Shown in pieces: positions 20,037-29,720 of a stretch of DNA of 40,923 nucleotides. The first letter of the stretch is position 1; every line of letters begins with the position of its first letter. The stretch comes from Tolypothrix carrinoi HA7290-LM1 (GTDB taxonomy: Bacteria; Cyanobacteriota; Cyanobacteriia; Cyanobacteriales; Nostocaceae): contig JAHHIK010000075.1 in the NCBI GenBank assembly GCA_019358935.1, positions 1-40,923 on the forward strand, read 5' to 3'. The notes beneath the pieces are model-generated. The model saw only the letters and a list, made by a program, of their open reading frames with translations, had not been told where the DNA came from and searched no databases. Made by a program: the position numbers and the translations under genes.

Positions 20037-21029
20037 TTAAGTCCGCGCAGGCGGACTTTGTTTGTTTAGCCGCGAATTCCATTCGCCAGGGCTGCGCCGC
20101 ATTGTTTGCACAAGCGATCGCACTCTGTCATAAGTTTGCGAACCCAGCCGTTTTAGCAGCGCCAAAGCAATACTTTGACGGAGAAAATCCCAAGATAAAA
20201 TTAGTTGCGGATGATGAGCGATCGCTTGATGATTATAATGAATTGCTTGTTCGTAATCTTTATTATTTATCGCTCTCCAAGCTAAATAAAGATTAACGCG
20301 AGCATATCCTTTATCTCTTAAAGGTAGTAATTCAGCGGGTACAGTTTCAAAAGCTTGTTCTATAATTGTCCGAAATGCTTCTAAAGTTCCTTTGCAGTTA
20401 GTAGATTTACTTTGAGGATGCTGTCGATAGCGAACCAAAGGTTCTTTTACTACTCCAAATTCATAACTAGCAGCAAGACGAATCCACATATCTAAATCTT
20501 CGAGAAAAGGTAAATCTGGATTAAATAATCCAACATTCTCAAAACAACTGCGACGAATCAAAGGTGTACTGTCACAGCAACAAACTGGTTGAAATTGCAC
20601 AAGTTGTTTCCAGACATCACCTTCAGCATAAGAAACAATTATTCTTCCTGTAGATTTACCTTGTTGGTTAATTAAAATTGTCCAAGTATCTACTAAACCG
20701 ATTGAGGGATTTTCTTCAAGAAAACGTACTTGCTTTTCTAATTTAGTTGGTTCCCATAAATCATCAGCATCCAAAAGCGCGATATACTCGCCTTTCGCGG
20801 CAGTAATACCTGTATTTCTCGCAACAGATGAACCTTGATTTTTTTGGCAAATTACTCTCACTCGCGAATCTGTGATTTGCGTTGCCCATGCCGCAGTTCC
20901 ATCGGAACTACCATCATCAACTATTAACACTTCAAAGTCAGAAAATGTCTGTTTGAAAACGCTCTCTATTGTTTCAATAAGATAAGCAAGAGCGTTGTAA
21001 GCCGGGATAATTACAGAAACTTTCGGCAT
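20037..21029 (-). CDS. Glycosyltransferase family 2 (paralog of the adjacent gene)
   Basis: VSVIIPAYN, DDGSSD and LLDADD motifs. The 3' end runs into an AGTCCGC-GCAG-GCGGACT palindrome. Confidence 0.93.
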   Translation of the reverse strand: MPKVSVIIPAYNALAYLIETIESVFKQTFSDFEVLIVDDGSSDGTAAWATQITDSRVRVICQKNQGSSVARNTGITAAKGEYIALLDADDLWEPTKLEKQVRFLEENPSIGLVDTWTILINQQGKSTGRIIVSYAEGDVWKQLVQFQPVCCCDSTPLIRRSCFENVGLFNPDLPFLEDLDMWIRLAASYEFGVVKEPLVRYRQHPQSKSTNCKGTLEAFRTIIEQAFETVPAELLPLRDKGYARVNLYLAWRAINNKDYEQAIHYNHQAIAHHPQLILSWDFLRQSIALALLKRLGSQTYDRVRSLVQTMRRSPGEWNSRLNKQSPPART

Positions 21030-21076
21030 ATAAATCCCCCTGAATTTAATAAGTTTATGCTAACAATTTTTATTTA

Positions 21077-21279
21077 GAGGATGTTTGAAAAGTATTGTTA
21101 TTAACATCAAAATCTCCCAAACCTAACCCCCCTGCCCCCCTTCCCTAGGAGGGAAGGGGGGTTTCAAAGCCTCTCCCCCCGTGGGGGAGCCAGTGCATTG
21201 CGGGGGTTCCCCCCGTTGTAGCACCTGGCGTGAGAGGTTTGGAGAGGGGTTTGGGGTGAGGGACTTTCCAAACATCCTC
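21077..21279. mobile_element. Second copy of the GAGGATGTTTG MITE with a nested short repeat, overlapping the GT4 3' end
   Basis: TTA-GAGGATGTTTGAAAAGT...ACTTTCCAAACATCCTC-TTA. Confidence 0.88.
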
Positions 21280-22439
21280 TTAGATACAATCGTTTCTAAA
21301 ATCGCGTTGCGGTAGCTTAATGTTACCGCATCCCAGCTGAAGCGCATGGCGTTCAGTCGTGGTTGTATTTCTCTTTTTGAATCGAGAACTCTTGCCAGTG
21401 CAGCCGCGTAAGTATCTGGGTTAGTTACGTCACATAATACACCAGCGTCAGCGACAATGTAGCGCCGCATTTCGTCGTCAGTCGCGACGACAGGTAAGCC
21501 ACTTGCCATTGCTTCTATGTAAGCCAGTCCGAATGGCTCATCAATAGAAGGAAGAGTGAATACATCTGCACTGCGATAGATTTCTGGCATTCGCTCATAG
21601 GGATATGTGCAGATTAAGAAGCGTTGGGAACCGAGTAACTCGTCACCGAGAGATTGAAAGTAAGCGCGATCGCATCCATCACCGCACAATAAAAGGCTAG
21701 CGTGGGGTAGTCGCGCTACTGCTTGCATCGTCAGACTAATGCGTTTGTGACTGTTGCGCTTTAAAGAAGCTACACATAGTATGATTGGTTTTGCCAAATT
21801 AAAATCGATAGTAGTTCCTAACGGTGTAAATTGATCGAGGTCTACACCGTTAGGAATAACGTTAACAAGTTGCTTCGGTTGTTGACTATGAACAAAATCT
21901 GCCATTGCTTGCGAAAAAACCACCAAGCGATCGGGTTGAAAACGCAGGTTGCGTTTTAAAGAACGTCCATCCCCCATTAATCCCACATGTTCGGTAAAAA
22001 TAATCGGTGTACCAATTAAAGCTCTGACAAAAGCCGCCATCGCTAACCCACCATAATCATTACAGGGAAATATCACATCTGCGCGGCGACGTAATAAATG
22101 AAAAGCACAAGGTAGAAAATTGGTAAGATGTTCGATAACGATTTCTGGATGAGTCGCAAACCGATGCACTAACTCAGCAATTAACGGATGTCGTACCGCA
22201 CTATAAGCTTGAACGCGAGAAATACCACCAGTCGGATGACAAAAAGAACCGCAGTCAGCTCCACTTAACAGTTCAACATCAAAGTAAGCACTCAATCGCT
22301 TGGCTAGTTCTATCGCAAAAATCTCCGATCCACCACTCCAGTTTATTCCCGCACTCGGATGAACCAATACAACTCGATAACGCCGTTCATCTGGCATCAG
22401 TGAAGAGTTATTCGTATCAAGTATTTGCTGGTTCATCAT
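21123..22439 (-). CDS. Glycosyltransferase family 4
   Basis: IPNGVD and EPFGLAYIEAMASGLPVV (EX7E) motifs; C-terminal tail is MITE-derived. Confidence 0.92.
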   Translation of the reverse strand: MMNQQILDTNNSSLMPDERRYRVVLVHPSAGINWSGGSEIFAIELAKRLSAYFDVELLSGADCGSFCHPTGGISRVQAYSAVRHPLIAELVHRFATHPEIVIEHLTNFLPCAFHLLRRRADVIFPCNDYGGLAMAAFVRALIGTPIIFTEHVGLMGDGRSLKRNLRFQPDRLVVFSQAMADFVHSQQPKQLVNVIPNGVDLDQFTPLGTTIDFNLAKPIILCVASLKRNSHKRISLTMQAVARLPHASLLLCGDGCDRAYFQSLGDELLGSQRFLICTYPYERMPEIYRSADVFTLPSIDEPFGLAYIEAMASGLPVVATDDEMRRYIVADAGVLCDVTNPDTYAAALARVLDSKREIQPRLNAMRFSWDAVTLSYRNAILETIVSKRMFGKSLTPNPSPNLSRQVLQRGEPPQCTGSPTGGEALKPPFPPREGGQGG

Positions 22440-22466
22440 TTTTATATATTTAAAAAGTTTAATTCG

Positions 22467-22709
22467 TAGTGAGCGCTGAAGCGCTCTTTGCCCCTAATAC
22501 AAATCTATTAATAATTTAACTACTTCTGTCACGCTTGAAAATTATTTAGTAACGAACCGCAAAGACGCGTTCGCGAAGCGTCTCGTTCGCGCAGCGTCTC
22601 CGACAGGAGAAGAGAAGTACACAAAGGAAGAAAAGAAAGAAAAAGATAGGTAATCTTGTAGCGGGAAGGGAGTAAATAATTATTTTTAAGCGCTGTTAGC
22701 GCTTACTAC
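22467..22709. repeat. REP-like inverted doublet enclosing further repeat elements
   Basis: GTAGTGAGCGCTGAAGCGCT ... AGCGCTGTTAGCGCTTACTAC. The internal TAACGAACCGCAAAGAC also occurs near 8877. Confidence 0.6.
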
Positions 22710-23779
22710 GTTGTCGCTAATTTAGGTTTAAAAATTGAAAGCAATGGCTTCTCAATATAAGAATAAACAGCGCATCCAAATAAAAGAGCTATGAAAGCAA
22801 TTATCAATCCCAGCATATTTAAAATCAGAATATTTTGAGTAATATCAGGAGCAACCTTCAGAATCAACTTGGTAATATTATTGATAAAAAATCCGTGCAT
22901 TAAGTAAATAGAATATGATGCATTTCCTATATATATCAAAATTTTATTTACATGTACATGTTTCCTCATTTCTAGAGATGTAGAGCCAATTACTAAAAGC
23001 ATCGAAGGAATACCAAAGGAAATTACAGGCGATATATCTACAACTTTGTAGTAATAATTGATTGCTCCTAAAGTATATAAAAAAGCCCCCAGACAAATTA
23101 AAGTCATTTCTTGAGGAATTTTATGTTTAGATACAATGTAAGCTGCTACGCAACCGAGAAAAAACTCTAAATTGTGTTCGTTAAAAATGAAATTAAGCAT
23201 AAAGCTGTCTTTCGGCAAATCGAAAATACCAATAAAATGTGTAAATGTCAATAATAACCATGTGGAAATTATGGGAAAACATAGTTTGGGTTTGAAGCCA
23301 ATTAATAAACCAAATATGATATAAAAGAAAACTTCATAGCTCAATGTCCAGCTAACACCGAGAAAGCTGCTGGCGAGAATTTCTTGTTTTTGAGGAAATA
23401 AGATAAAAGCTTTGAATATTTCTAGAATATTTCTCTGGCTGGTGTCAGGATCGTAAGCAAAGAATAAAGAAGCGGATAACTTGAGGGTTAAAACTACCCA
23501 ATAAATCGGGTAAATTCGGGTAACTCGTTTAATAACAAATGACTTCAGCTTGCTTATATTCCCAATATCTGATTGGTGAATATATAAGATAATAAATCCG
23601 CTTAAGACAAAGAAGAAATCTACACCTGATCCACCAAAATTAAATATCTTACCGAAAAAGTCTTTTTGGAAATTTTGATTAAATATCAGGTCACAGTGAG
23701 CAAATATTACCATGACGGCGGCGATTCCTCGAAATACTTGGAGGAGATTTAGTTTTTGATGTTTTGCAGGTTTTTGCAT
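22706..23779 (-). CDS. Acyltransferase family 3 (OafA-like)
   Basis: FRGIAAVMVIFAH, GVDFFFVLSGF, WTLSYE and SYSIYLMH motifs. Confidence 0.93.
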   Translation of the reverse strand: MQKPAKHQKLNLLQVFRGIAAVMVIFAHCDLIFNQNFQKDFFGKIFNFGGSGVDFFFVLSGFIILYIHQSDIGNISKLKSFVIKRVTRIYPIYWVVLTLKLSASLFFAYDPDTSQRNILEIFKAFILFPQKQEILASSFLGVSWTLSYEVFFYIIFGLLIGFKPKLCFPIISTWLLLTFTHFIGIFDLPKDSFMLNFIFNEHNLEFFLGCVAAYIVSKHKIPQEMTLICLGAFLYTLGAINYYYKVVDISPVISFGIPSMLLVIGSTSLEMRKHVHVNKILIYIGNASYSIYLMHGFFINNITKLILKVAPDITQNILILNMLGLIIAFIALLFGCAVYSYIEKPLLSIFKPKLATT

Positions 23780-23794
23780 AAAAATCTCCTTTTA

Positions 23795-24814
23795 TTACTT
23801 AACTCCGCCAATTGAATACATAAATATTTTGCTTTTACTTAGCAATAATTTATAAAGTATAATCGGTCCCAAAATTCCCATAAAACTTACGACGGTAAAA
23901 TATAAAATTGGATTTGGTAAACCCAAAAATTTAGTTATAAAAATTATTGTTCCACGGGTAAAATATCCATGAAATAGGTAGATAATCATACTTGCGGCTC
24001 CCAAGTACACAAAAGAGGTTGCAACTGCATGGCGTAAATGTTCAAGCTGCTTAGGTAAAAGTATTTTTTCTCGTGAATTTGTGACCGCGTACATAGATAA
24101 AAAAGCTATTGGTCCATTAATAATTCTAGAGTTTTCAATATTATTAACTGCAAGAAAATACTTGGTCAAAACCATTGTAGTTATACCACAAATAAATATG
24201 AAAAATATCAAAAATGGTAACTTCTCTAAATATAAACGAATTTTATCTAAGTAAGAGGCTATAAATACACCAAATGCGTAGAAGAGATTCCAATAACCAA
24301 AACCCAGAATAAATAAAACAATCGATACTGAAAAGTATACTAAATTGGATTTGAAATATTTAAAACAAATAAAAGATAACAAAGTAGCGAAAATTAAAGC
24401 GTGAAGAAACCAAAAAATTTCATATGGAAATACTGTTGCTTTGATGATATCCAAAAAATTAAACTGCTTACCTTTGGACAAAGATTGAAAAACAAAATAA
24501 ATGGGTGCCCAGCAGATTAAGGGAATTATTAATTTTTCAAACTTAGAGCTGACAAATTTTTTTAAAGTGGTATTTTTATTACTAAAGACAGCAAAAGCTA
24601 CACCAGAAGCAATAAAGAATATTGGCATGTGAAAAGTATTAATCAAATCACATAACCATCCGAGAGGGGAGAGGTCTGAATTGTATATTTGCCGCATACC
24701 GTAGTCGCGGTTATAGCCAATGACATGACCGATGACGACGAGAGCGATCGCAACTCCTCTAATTAAATATAAGCTTTCAGATAAATTCTTCTTAAAACTA
24801 GCGTTGACATTCAT
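23795..24814 (-). CDS. Acyltransferase family 3
   Basis: IRGVAIALVVIGH, FHMPIFFIASG, FWFL and SMIIYLFH motifs. Confidence 0.9.
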   Translation of the reverse strand: MNVNASFKKNLSESLYLIRGVAIALVVIGHVIGYNRDYGMRQIYNSDLSPLGWLCDLINTFHMPIFFIASGVAFAVFSNKNTTLKKFVSSKFEKLIIPLICWAPIYFVFQSLSKGKQFNFLDIIKATVFPYEIFWFLHALIFATLLSFICFKYFKSNLVYFSVSIVLFILGFGYWNLFYAFGVFIASYLDKIRLYLEKLPFLIFFIFICGITTMVLTKYFLAVNNIENSRIINGPIAFLSMYAVTNSREKILLPKQLEHLRHAVATSFVYLGAASMIIYLFHGYFTRGTIIFITKFLGLPNPILYFTVVSFMGILGPIILYKLLLSKSKIFMYSIGGVK

Positions 24815-24827
24815 GTAAATCTCCTAT

Positions 24828-26012
24828 CTAAACGCGAAATAAAAGTTTTGAAATCGGTTTTACTCTCATAGACATAGATGTTATTAACCAACTAGTAACG
24901 AAGGTTATACTCGTGAGTGTCAACATAATAGTTATCGGTGATATCCTCAAAAGCTCATCGGGAATTTTGCCCATCAAGCTGACATAAATCATCAATACTA
25001 TATAATGGATGAGATATATACCGAAAGAGCAGATACCTAAATTTTCGATATAGCGATTATTTGAAAATCTAGTTGAAAGAGCAATCCCACTTAGTAGTAA
25101 ACAAAAAGCAGTTCCTATTTCATATATAGATTGAGGAAAATATATTATTTTCTCTATATTCATTAAATTCAGAGCAGATATACCAGCCATGAAAATTAAG
25201 AAAATCACTGCTTGATTTATATCAAGTTTTTCTACTTTTTTTCTCATATATGGATGATTGATAATCATCGCGAGTAAAATGTATGGCAAACATTTTAACA
25301 GCCACGCTATTACTACTAAACCAATTCTGAGTATTTGATTGTTGTTACCGCTGGGGAATATTAACTTGGTGAATTGTTGAAAGGCAACTGAGCAAGAATT
25401 AGTAACTTCCAAGCAGTTGACACCAAATTTGGCAAAAAATTCAAAGTTGTTTCCCGACACTATCTGAAGTTCGTATATAACAATGCTGGCAATAAATAAC
25501 ACAAATAGCATTGTCAGACTAATGCGCTTTTTGACTAAAAACTCTGCAAATACGATTAAAAAACTACCTGTGAATAAAAGTGGCAAAAAATAAAGATGAA
25601 TTGATGCACCACCAAGAAAAATTAGCAGTACTGGGTCTTGAAATAATTTACTTAAATTTTCCGATGCACTTAGAGATTTAACTAATCGTATAGAAAGGTA
25701 GATAAGACTCCAGTAAAAATATGGTACTAGCAGTCGCTCAGACCTTGATTGAAAAATTGAAATTAAAGAATGTTGTTGATTGCTTGTATATAGTTTTTTT
25801 GTCATGAAATAGAAAGATAAAGCTAAAAAAAAGGGGACGGCAAATCTGCTCATCTCCACGAGTGCTGCTGTGACGTTATTTGTAGGTATACCTGAATAAA
25901 GCATCAATGAACCTGCGTGAATTAACGCCACAGCATAAGCGGAAATGCCTCGAAATAAGTCAATCCCAACTAATCTTTTTTTAACTTTACTTTCTGACAT
26001 ATGCGTTGTCAT
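24828..26012 (-). CDS. Acyltransferase family 3
   Basis: IDLFRG..LIH, RFAVPFF, HLYFL and SFGIYLIH motifs. Confidence 0.9.
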   Translation of the reverse strand: MTTHMSESKVKKRLVGIDLFRGISAYAVALIHAGSLMLYSGIPTNNVTAALVEMSRFAVPFFLALSFYFMTKKLYTSNQQHSLISIFQSRSERLLVPYFYWSLIYLSIRLVKSLSASENLSKLFQDPVLLIFLGGASIHLYFLPLLFTGSFLIVFAEFLVKKRISLTMLFVLFIASIVIYELQIVSGNNFEFFAKFGVNCLEVTNSCSVAFQQFTKLIFPSGNNNQILRIGLVVIAWLLKCLPYILLAMIINHPYMRKKVEKLDINQAVIFLIFMAGISALNLMNIEKIIYFPQSIYEIGTAFCLLLSGIALSTRFSNNRYIENLGICSFGIYLIHYIVLMIYVSLMGKIPDELLRISPITIMLTLTSITFVTSWLITSMSMRVKPISKLLFRV

Positions 26013-26019
26013 GATTAAC

Positions 26020-27456
26020 CTAAATGGTGGATTGATTAACTTGCCATTTTTCCTTTTCCCAGCCAGCGATCGCTACAAGAACCCACCAATAGACAAAAAA
26101 GGTAGTAGCATCCATAATATTGTTGGAAAGCATACTCACACTGTTAGAAATTAATAGCGCTATCAAAATTAAACATAAACTTCGCTGAGAACTTTTTTCT
26201 GGTGCTTTTTGCAGTAGTCGCACAAGATGTATACCCTGAATGAGCAGAAAGAATACAAAGATAACTAAACCGACAATTCCCTGTTCAACAAGAACTCGGA
26301 TATAGTCGTTATGTGCCGCATAACCACCTCCTGTTTGTAAGTTACGGACACCCAATTCTGCACTTGTGCCTAAACCGTAGCCAAGTATGGGGAATTTTGT
26401 CCAAGATTGCAGTAAATAATACCAATGAGTAATTCGCCAATTAAAGCTATTGCTATCTCCGTAGGACAATATAATTGCTCGTGATACATCAATGTCTGGA
26501 TTTAATAGGGGGGTTTGATAAATTTCTGTGAGACGTTGTTGTCCAAATTCGGTAGTACCAAATAAAGACAAGATAATAAAACAGAAAATTGCGGCTCCAA
26601 TTAATCGAACTGGGGTGATTTTGTCAGCATTGATACATAAAATTAGTATGAATACTGCAATCAACCCGGTAAAATAGCCAGTACTCACGAAAATAAAAGA
26701 AATCAAACCTAACAGTAATAACCAAGGCAAACGTTGTTTAGAGATGCTTACTTTCCACCAAACTAAAGCAATAAACATGCTCAAAAAAATGCCCAAACCA
26801 TTAGGGAAACCTAGAGTTCCTGAGACATTACTTCCTGCTTTTCCTTGCGCTGTTAGCAAAGCTGGTAGAATTGAAGCTGGTAGAAATATCTGCATGAGTG
26901 CAACAGTAATTGGTGCAACTAGAGCCAGCAGCAATGTAGAAATTAATTTTTCTGGGTGGATACGGTCTTTTAGCTGCATCACCAACAAGTAGATTATTAC
27001 CCAAGAAAAGTAACGCAGCCAATCTCGGATCGCATTTGGTAAAAATGATGCGTCCATTCCCAAGGCACCCAGTAGCAAAAGTACGATCCACAAACTCTGA
27101 AGCATCATCCAGCTAGCAAATAACCACCAAAATTTATCTGTACGTACATGCTGCCCTGTCAAGAGCATTACAGCTACGTAGAGCATAGTGAGAATATCTA
27201 CACCAATAGCGAAAGCCGCTGGTAACTGTATGCCTGAGAAAATATCCAGAGAACTACGCAGTATCAATAGAGCTAGTACGGCTTGCTCAAACTTGGCAAA
27301 GAAGTAGATAAGTACAGCGACCGCGAACAAGGCTACACCCAGAAAAAAGGGTTGAGCACCTGCCGCGAAGCCTGCAACTATACCAGCAGCTGCACCTGCG
27401 AAGCTAATCAATAGCATAAGACGCAAACCACGTCTTGAACCTTGATTATTCGGCAT
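26020..27456 (-). CDS. O-antigen ligase/polymerase (Wzy-like)
   Basis: Polytopic; GTLGFPN, SFNWR, GYGLG and AHNDY..EQGIVG motifs. Confidence 0.88.
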   Translation of the reverse strand: MPNNQGSRRGLRLMLLISFAGAAAGIVAGFAAGAQPFFLGVALFAVAVLIYFFAKFEQAVLALLILRSSLDIFSGIQLPAAFAIGVDILTMLYVAVMLLTGQHVRTDKFWWLFASWMMLQSLWIVLLLLGALGMDASFLPNAIRDWLRYFSWVIIYLLVMQLKDRIHPEKLISTLLLALVAPITVALMQIFLPASILPALLTAQGKAGSNVSGTLGFPNGLGIFLSMFIALVWWKVSISKQRLPWLLLLGLISFIFVSTGYFTGLIAVFILILCINADKITPVRLIGAAIFCFIILSLFGTTEFGQQRLTEIYQTPLLNPDIDVSRAIILSYGDSNSFNWRITHWYYLLQSWTKFPILGYGLGTSAELGVRNLQTGGGYAAHNDYIRVLVEQGIVGLVIFVFFLLIQGIHLVRLLQKAPEKSSQRSLCLILIALLISNSVSMLSNNIMDATTFFVYWWVLVAIAGWEKEKWQVNQSTI

Positions 27457-27467
27457 TCTTACTACCT

Positions 27468-29645
27468 CTAACCGTTGTCATAATTATTACGACCATCTTT
27501 GACTGCGGTTAAACGCTTTGGCGATCGCCCCCCTAGCGGTCGGTCATTATCAACTGGATAGCGGAAATACTTTTCTGTCTGCTCTGTCATTCCATTGACG
27601 ACTACTCCCAGTACTGGTATCTGGTTGTGGTTTAATTCTGATACGGCTCTTTGCAGTACTTCTTTGATGGTGATGCTAGGACGTGTTACCAGCATGATTC
27701 CATCACTTTGTCTGGCTAATGTGGCTGCATCTGCACAAGCACTGATTGGCGCAGTATCTATAATTACCATGTCGTAATTTTCTGCCGCTTCTGCTACCAA
27801 AGACTTCATCGCCGGTGACTCTAATAACTGCGAGGGACGCCCGTGGAATTCGCCACCAGTTAACACATGTAAATTGTCAACATCTGTGAGCTGCACCGCT
27901 TGATTTAGGCTTCTGCGCTTCTCAATTACATCTGTAATTCCCGGCTTTGGCGCTAAGTTAAATAGCGTATGCTGCATCGGGCGACGCAAATCTGCATCTA
28001 TAATTAATGTCCGCCGAGATAACATGGCGGAAATGGCGGCTAGGTGCGATGCGACTATTGACTTACCTTCCCCAGAAAGTGTGCTGCTGACAACAATAAC
28101 CTGCACCTTGTCCATACTGCGAAACTCCAAGGTCTTGAGGAGCATTCGGTAAGGCTCAACTAAACCTATATCATCTAAAAAGCGATCGGCTGGCTCTAGA
28201 ACGAGAGTTTTAGCAGGTAGACGCGGCAACACTCCGAGTAATGGTAAGCTCAGTAGTTCCTCGGCTTCTGAGGCATCCTTTAAGGTGTTATCCATCACTT
28301 CTAAAAGCAACATCACAGCAGTACCTAAAACCGTTCCAAACACCGCAGCCAGCGCCAGCACTGCTGAACGTTTGGGTGAAGAAGCGATTGTTGGTGGTTT
28401 CGCGGCTTCGATCAAGCGGAGATTGCTAACCTTTTGAGCCTCGGTGATGCGTGCTTCTTCTAGTTTGCTTTGTAGCGATTTAAACGAGGCAGTAGCGTCT
28501 TCGCGTTCGCGGGTTAAGGCAATCAGGGGTTTCTGTTGAAGCGGTAGCTCTGCGATCCGAGCTTTGAGTTGGACTTTTTGAGCTTGTACTGTCTCCAGCT
28601 TCTTTTCAATTGCCGATCGCTCTGTCTCATTCGCCAAAAGTTTGGAAGTCAACTCTTGACTAATTTGATCGCCGGCGACACTGCTTGAAGCAACCGATGA
28701 ATTTGCTGGCGACACGCGAGCAAGTTGCTCTGTGTACAATTTATTCAGATTATCTCGTTGCTCAACCAGCGATATGACACTTGGGTGCTCTTCTGTTAAA
28801 TTCAAACGCGCTTCAATTAACTTTGTATTTAACTCTGTTAACTTAGCGCGTAATGTCTTGAGTTGTTCATCTTGTCCACCGCGTACAGATGCGTAAGCTT
28901 TATCTAGGCTTTTAGCGCTGGTGATTTGCCGCAAAGATGCATCCCGCCCTTTTGCTTCTTGCAATTGAGCTGTCAGACTGCGCTCTTGGTCTTCTAAAGT
29001 GGCTAAACTCTCAACTGCGCTTTTAGTTTGCTCTTCAAAAGAGATAATGCCGCTGTAATGTCTATAATTGCTTTCATTTTTTTCGGCATCTCGCAGGCGC
29101 CTACGCGCCTCAGGTATTTCGCTACTTTGTAAAAATTCCCGTACTTTCGTCGCTTCCGAACTGATTGTTTTCCTATTTTCATCAATCATTGCTTGCGAAA
29201 CGGCATTCAGCAATTGCGCTGCAAGTTCGGGGTCTTTCGATTTGTAGTTTAGTTCCAGAATGTTGGTAGCGGGGACAATTTTCACACCCAATCCTTTACT
29301 AAGTTCTCCGGATGTGATTTGGCTTCCGGGTGAACCATTGTAGGATTTGAGAGAAGCGATCGCGATCGCTCGTTCCAAAACACGTTCCGATTTGACTAAT
29401 TCGGCTTGGTTAGCTAAAGGACTCGGACCACCAGGGGCGCCCGAAGATACAGAAGTCAAGTCGCGACCCAATTCAGAAACGCTCACCCTTCTATCATCCT
29501 GCATCAGTCGCGCTGATGCTTCATACAAACGCGGGGTAACGGTGAGGTAAGCAAAAGCCCCACCAATTACCGCCGTGAATGTCACTAATGCGGGGAATGC
29601 ACGCCGCTTTAAAACTGCTAATAATGAGGATATACCCTTCTCCAT
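27468..29645 (-). CDS. wzc: Polysaccharide co-polymerase / tyrosine autokinase (Wzc/GumC)
   Basis: Two TM segments flanking a coiled coil; SSTLSGEGKS, IIDADLRRP and VIIDTAP motifs; start placed at MEKG. Confidence 0.9.
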   Translation of the reverse strand: MEKGISSLLAVLKRRAFPALVTFTAVIGGAFAYLTVTPRLYEASARLMQDDRRVSVSELGRDLTSVSSGAPGGPSPLANQAELVKSERVLERAIAIASLKSYNGSPGSQITSGELSKGLGVKIVPATNILELNYKSKDPELAAQLLNAVSQAMIDENRKTISSEATKVREFLQSSEIPEARRRLRDAEKNESNYRHYSGIISFEEQTKSAVESLATLEDQERSLTAQLQEAKGRDASLRQITSAKSLDKAYASVRGGQDEQLKTLRAKLTELNTKLIEARLNLTEEHPSVISLVEQRDNLNKLYTEQLARVSPANSSVASSSVAGDQISQELTSKLLANETERSAIEKKLETVQAQKVQLKARIAELPLQQKPLIALTREREDATASFKSLQSKLEEARITEAQKVSNLRLIEAAKPPTIASSPKRSAVLALAAVFGTVLGTAVMLLLEVMDNTLKDASEAEELLSLPLLGVLPRLPAKTLVLEPADRFLDDIGLVEPYRMLLKTLEFRSMDKVQVIVVSSTLSGEGKSIVASHLAAISAMLSRRTLIIDADLRRPMQHTLFNLAPKPGITDVIEKRRSLNQAVQLTDVDNLHVLTGGEFHGRPSQLLESPAMKSLVAEAAENYDMVIIDTAPISACADAATLARQSDGIMLVTRPSITIKEVLQRAVSELNHNQIPVLGVVVNGMTEQTEKYFRYPVDNDRPLGGRSPKRLTAVKDGRNNYDNG

Positions 29646-29720
29646 CACACAAAACCTTGTTTCATTGGTGATTGATCGTTTGTCGTAAATTGGTAGAGCA
29701 CCTAACAATTTAAACATTTG

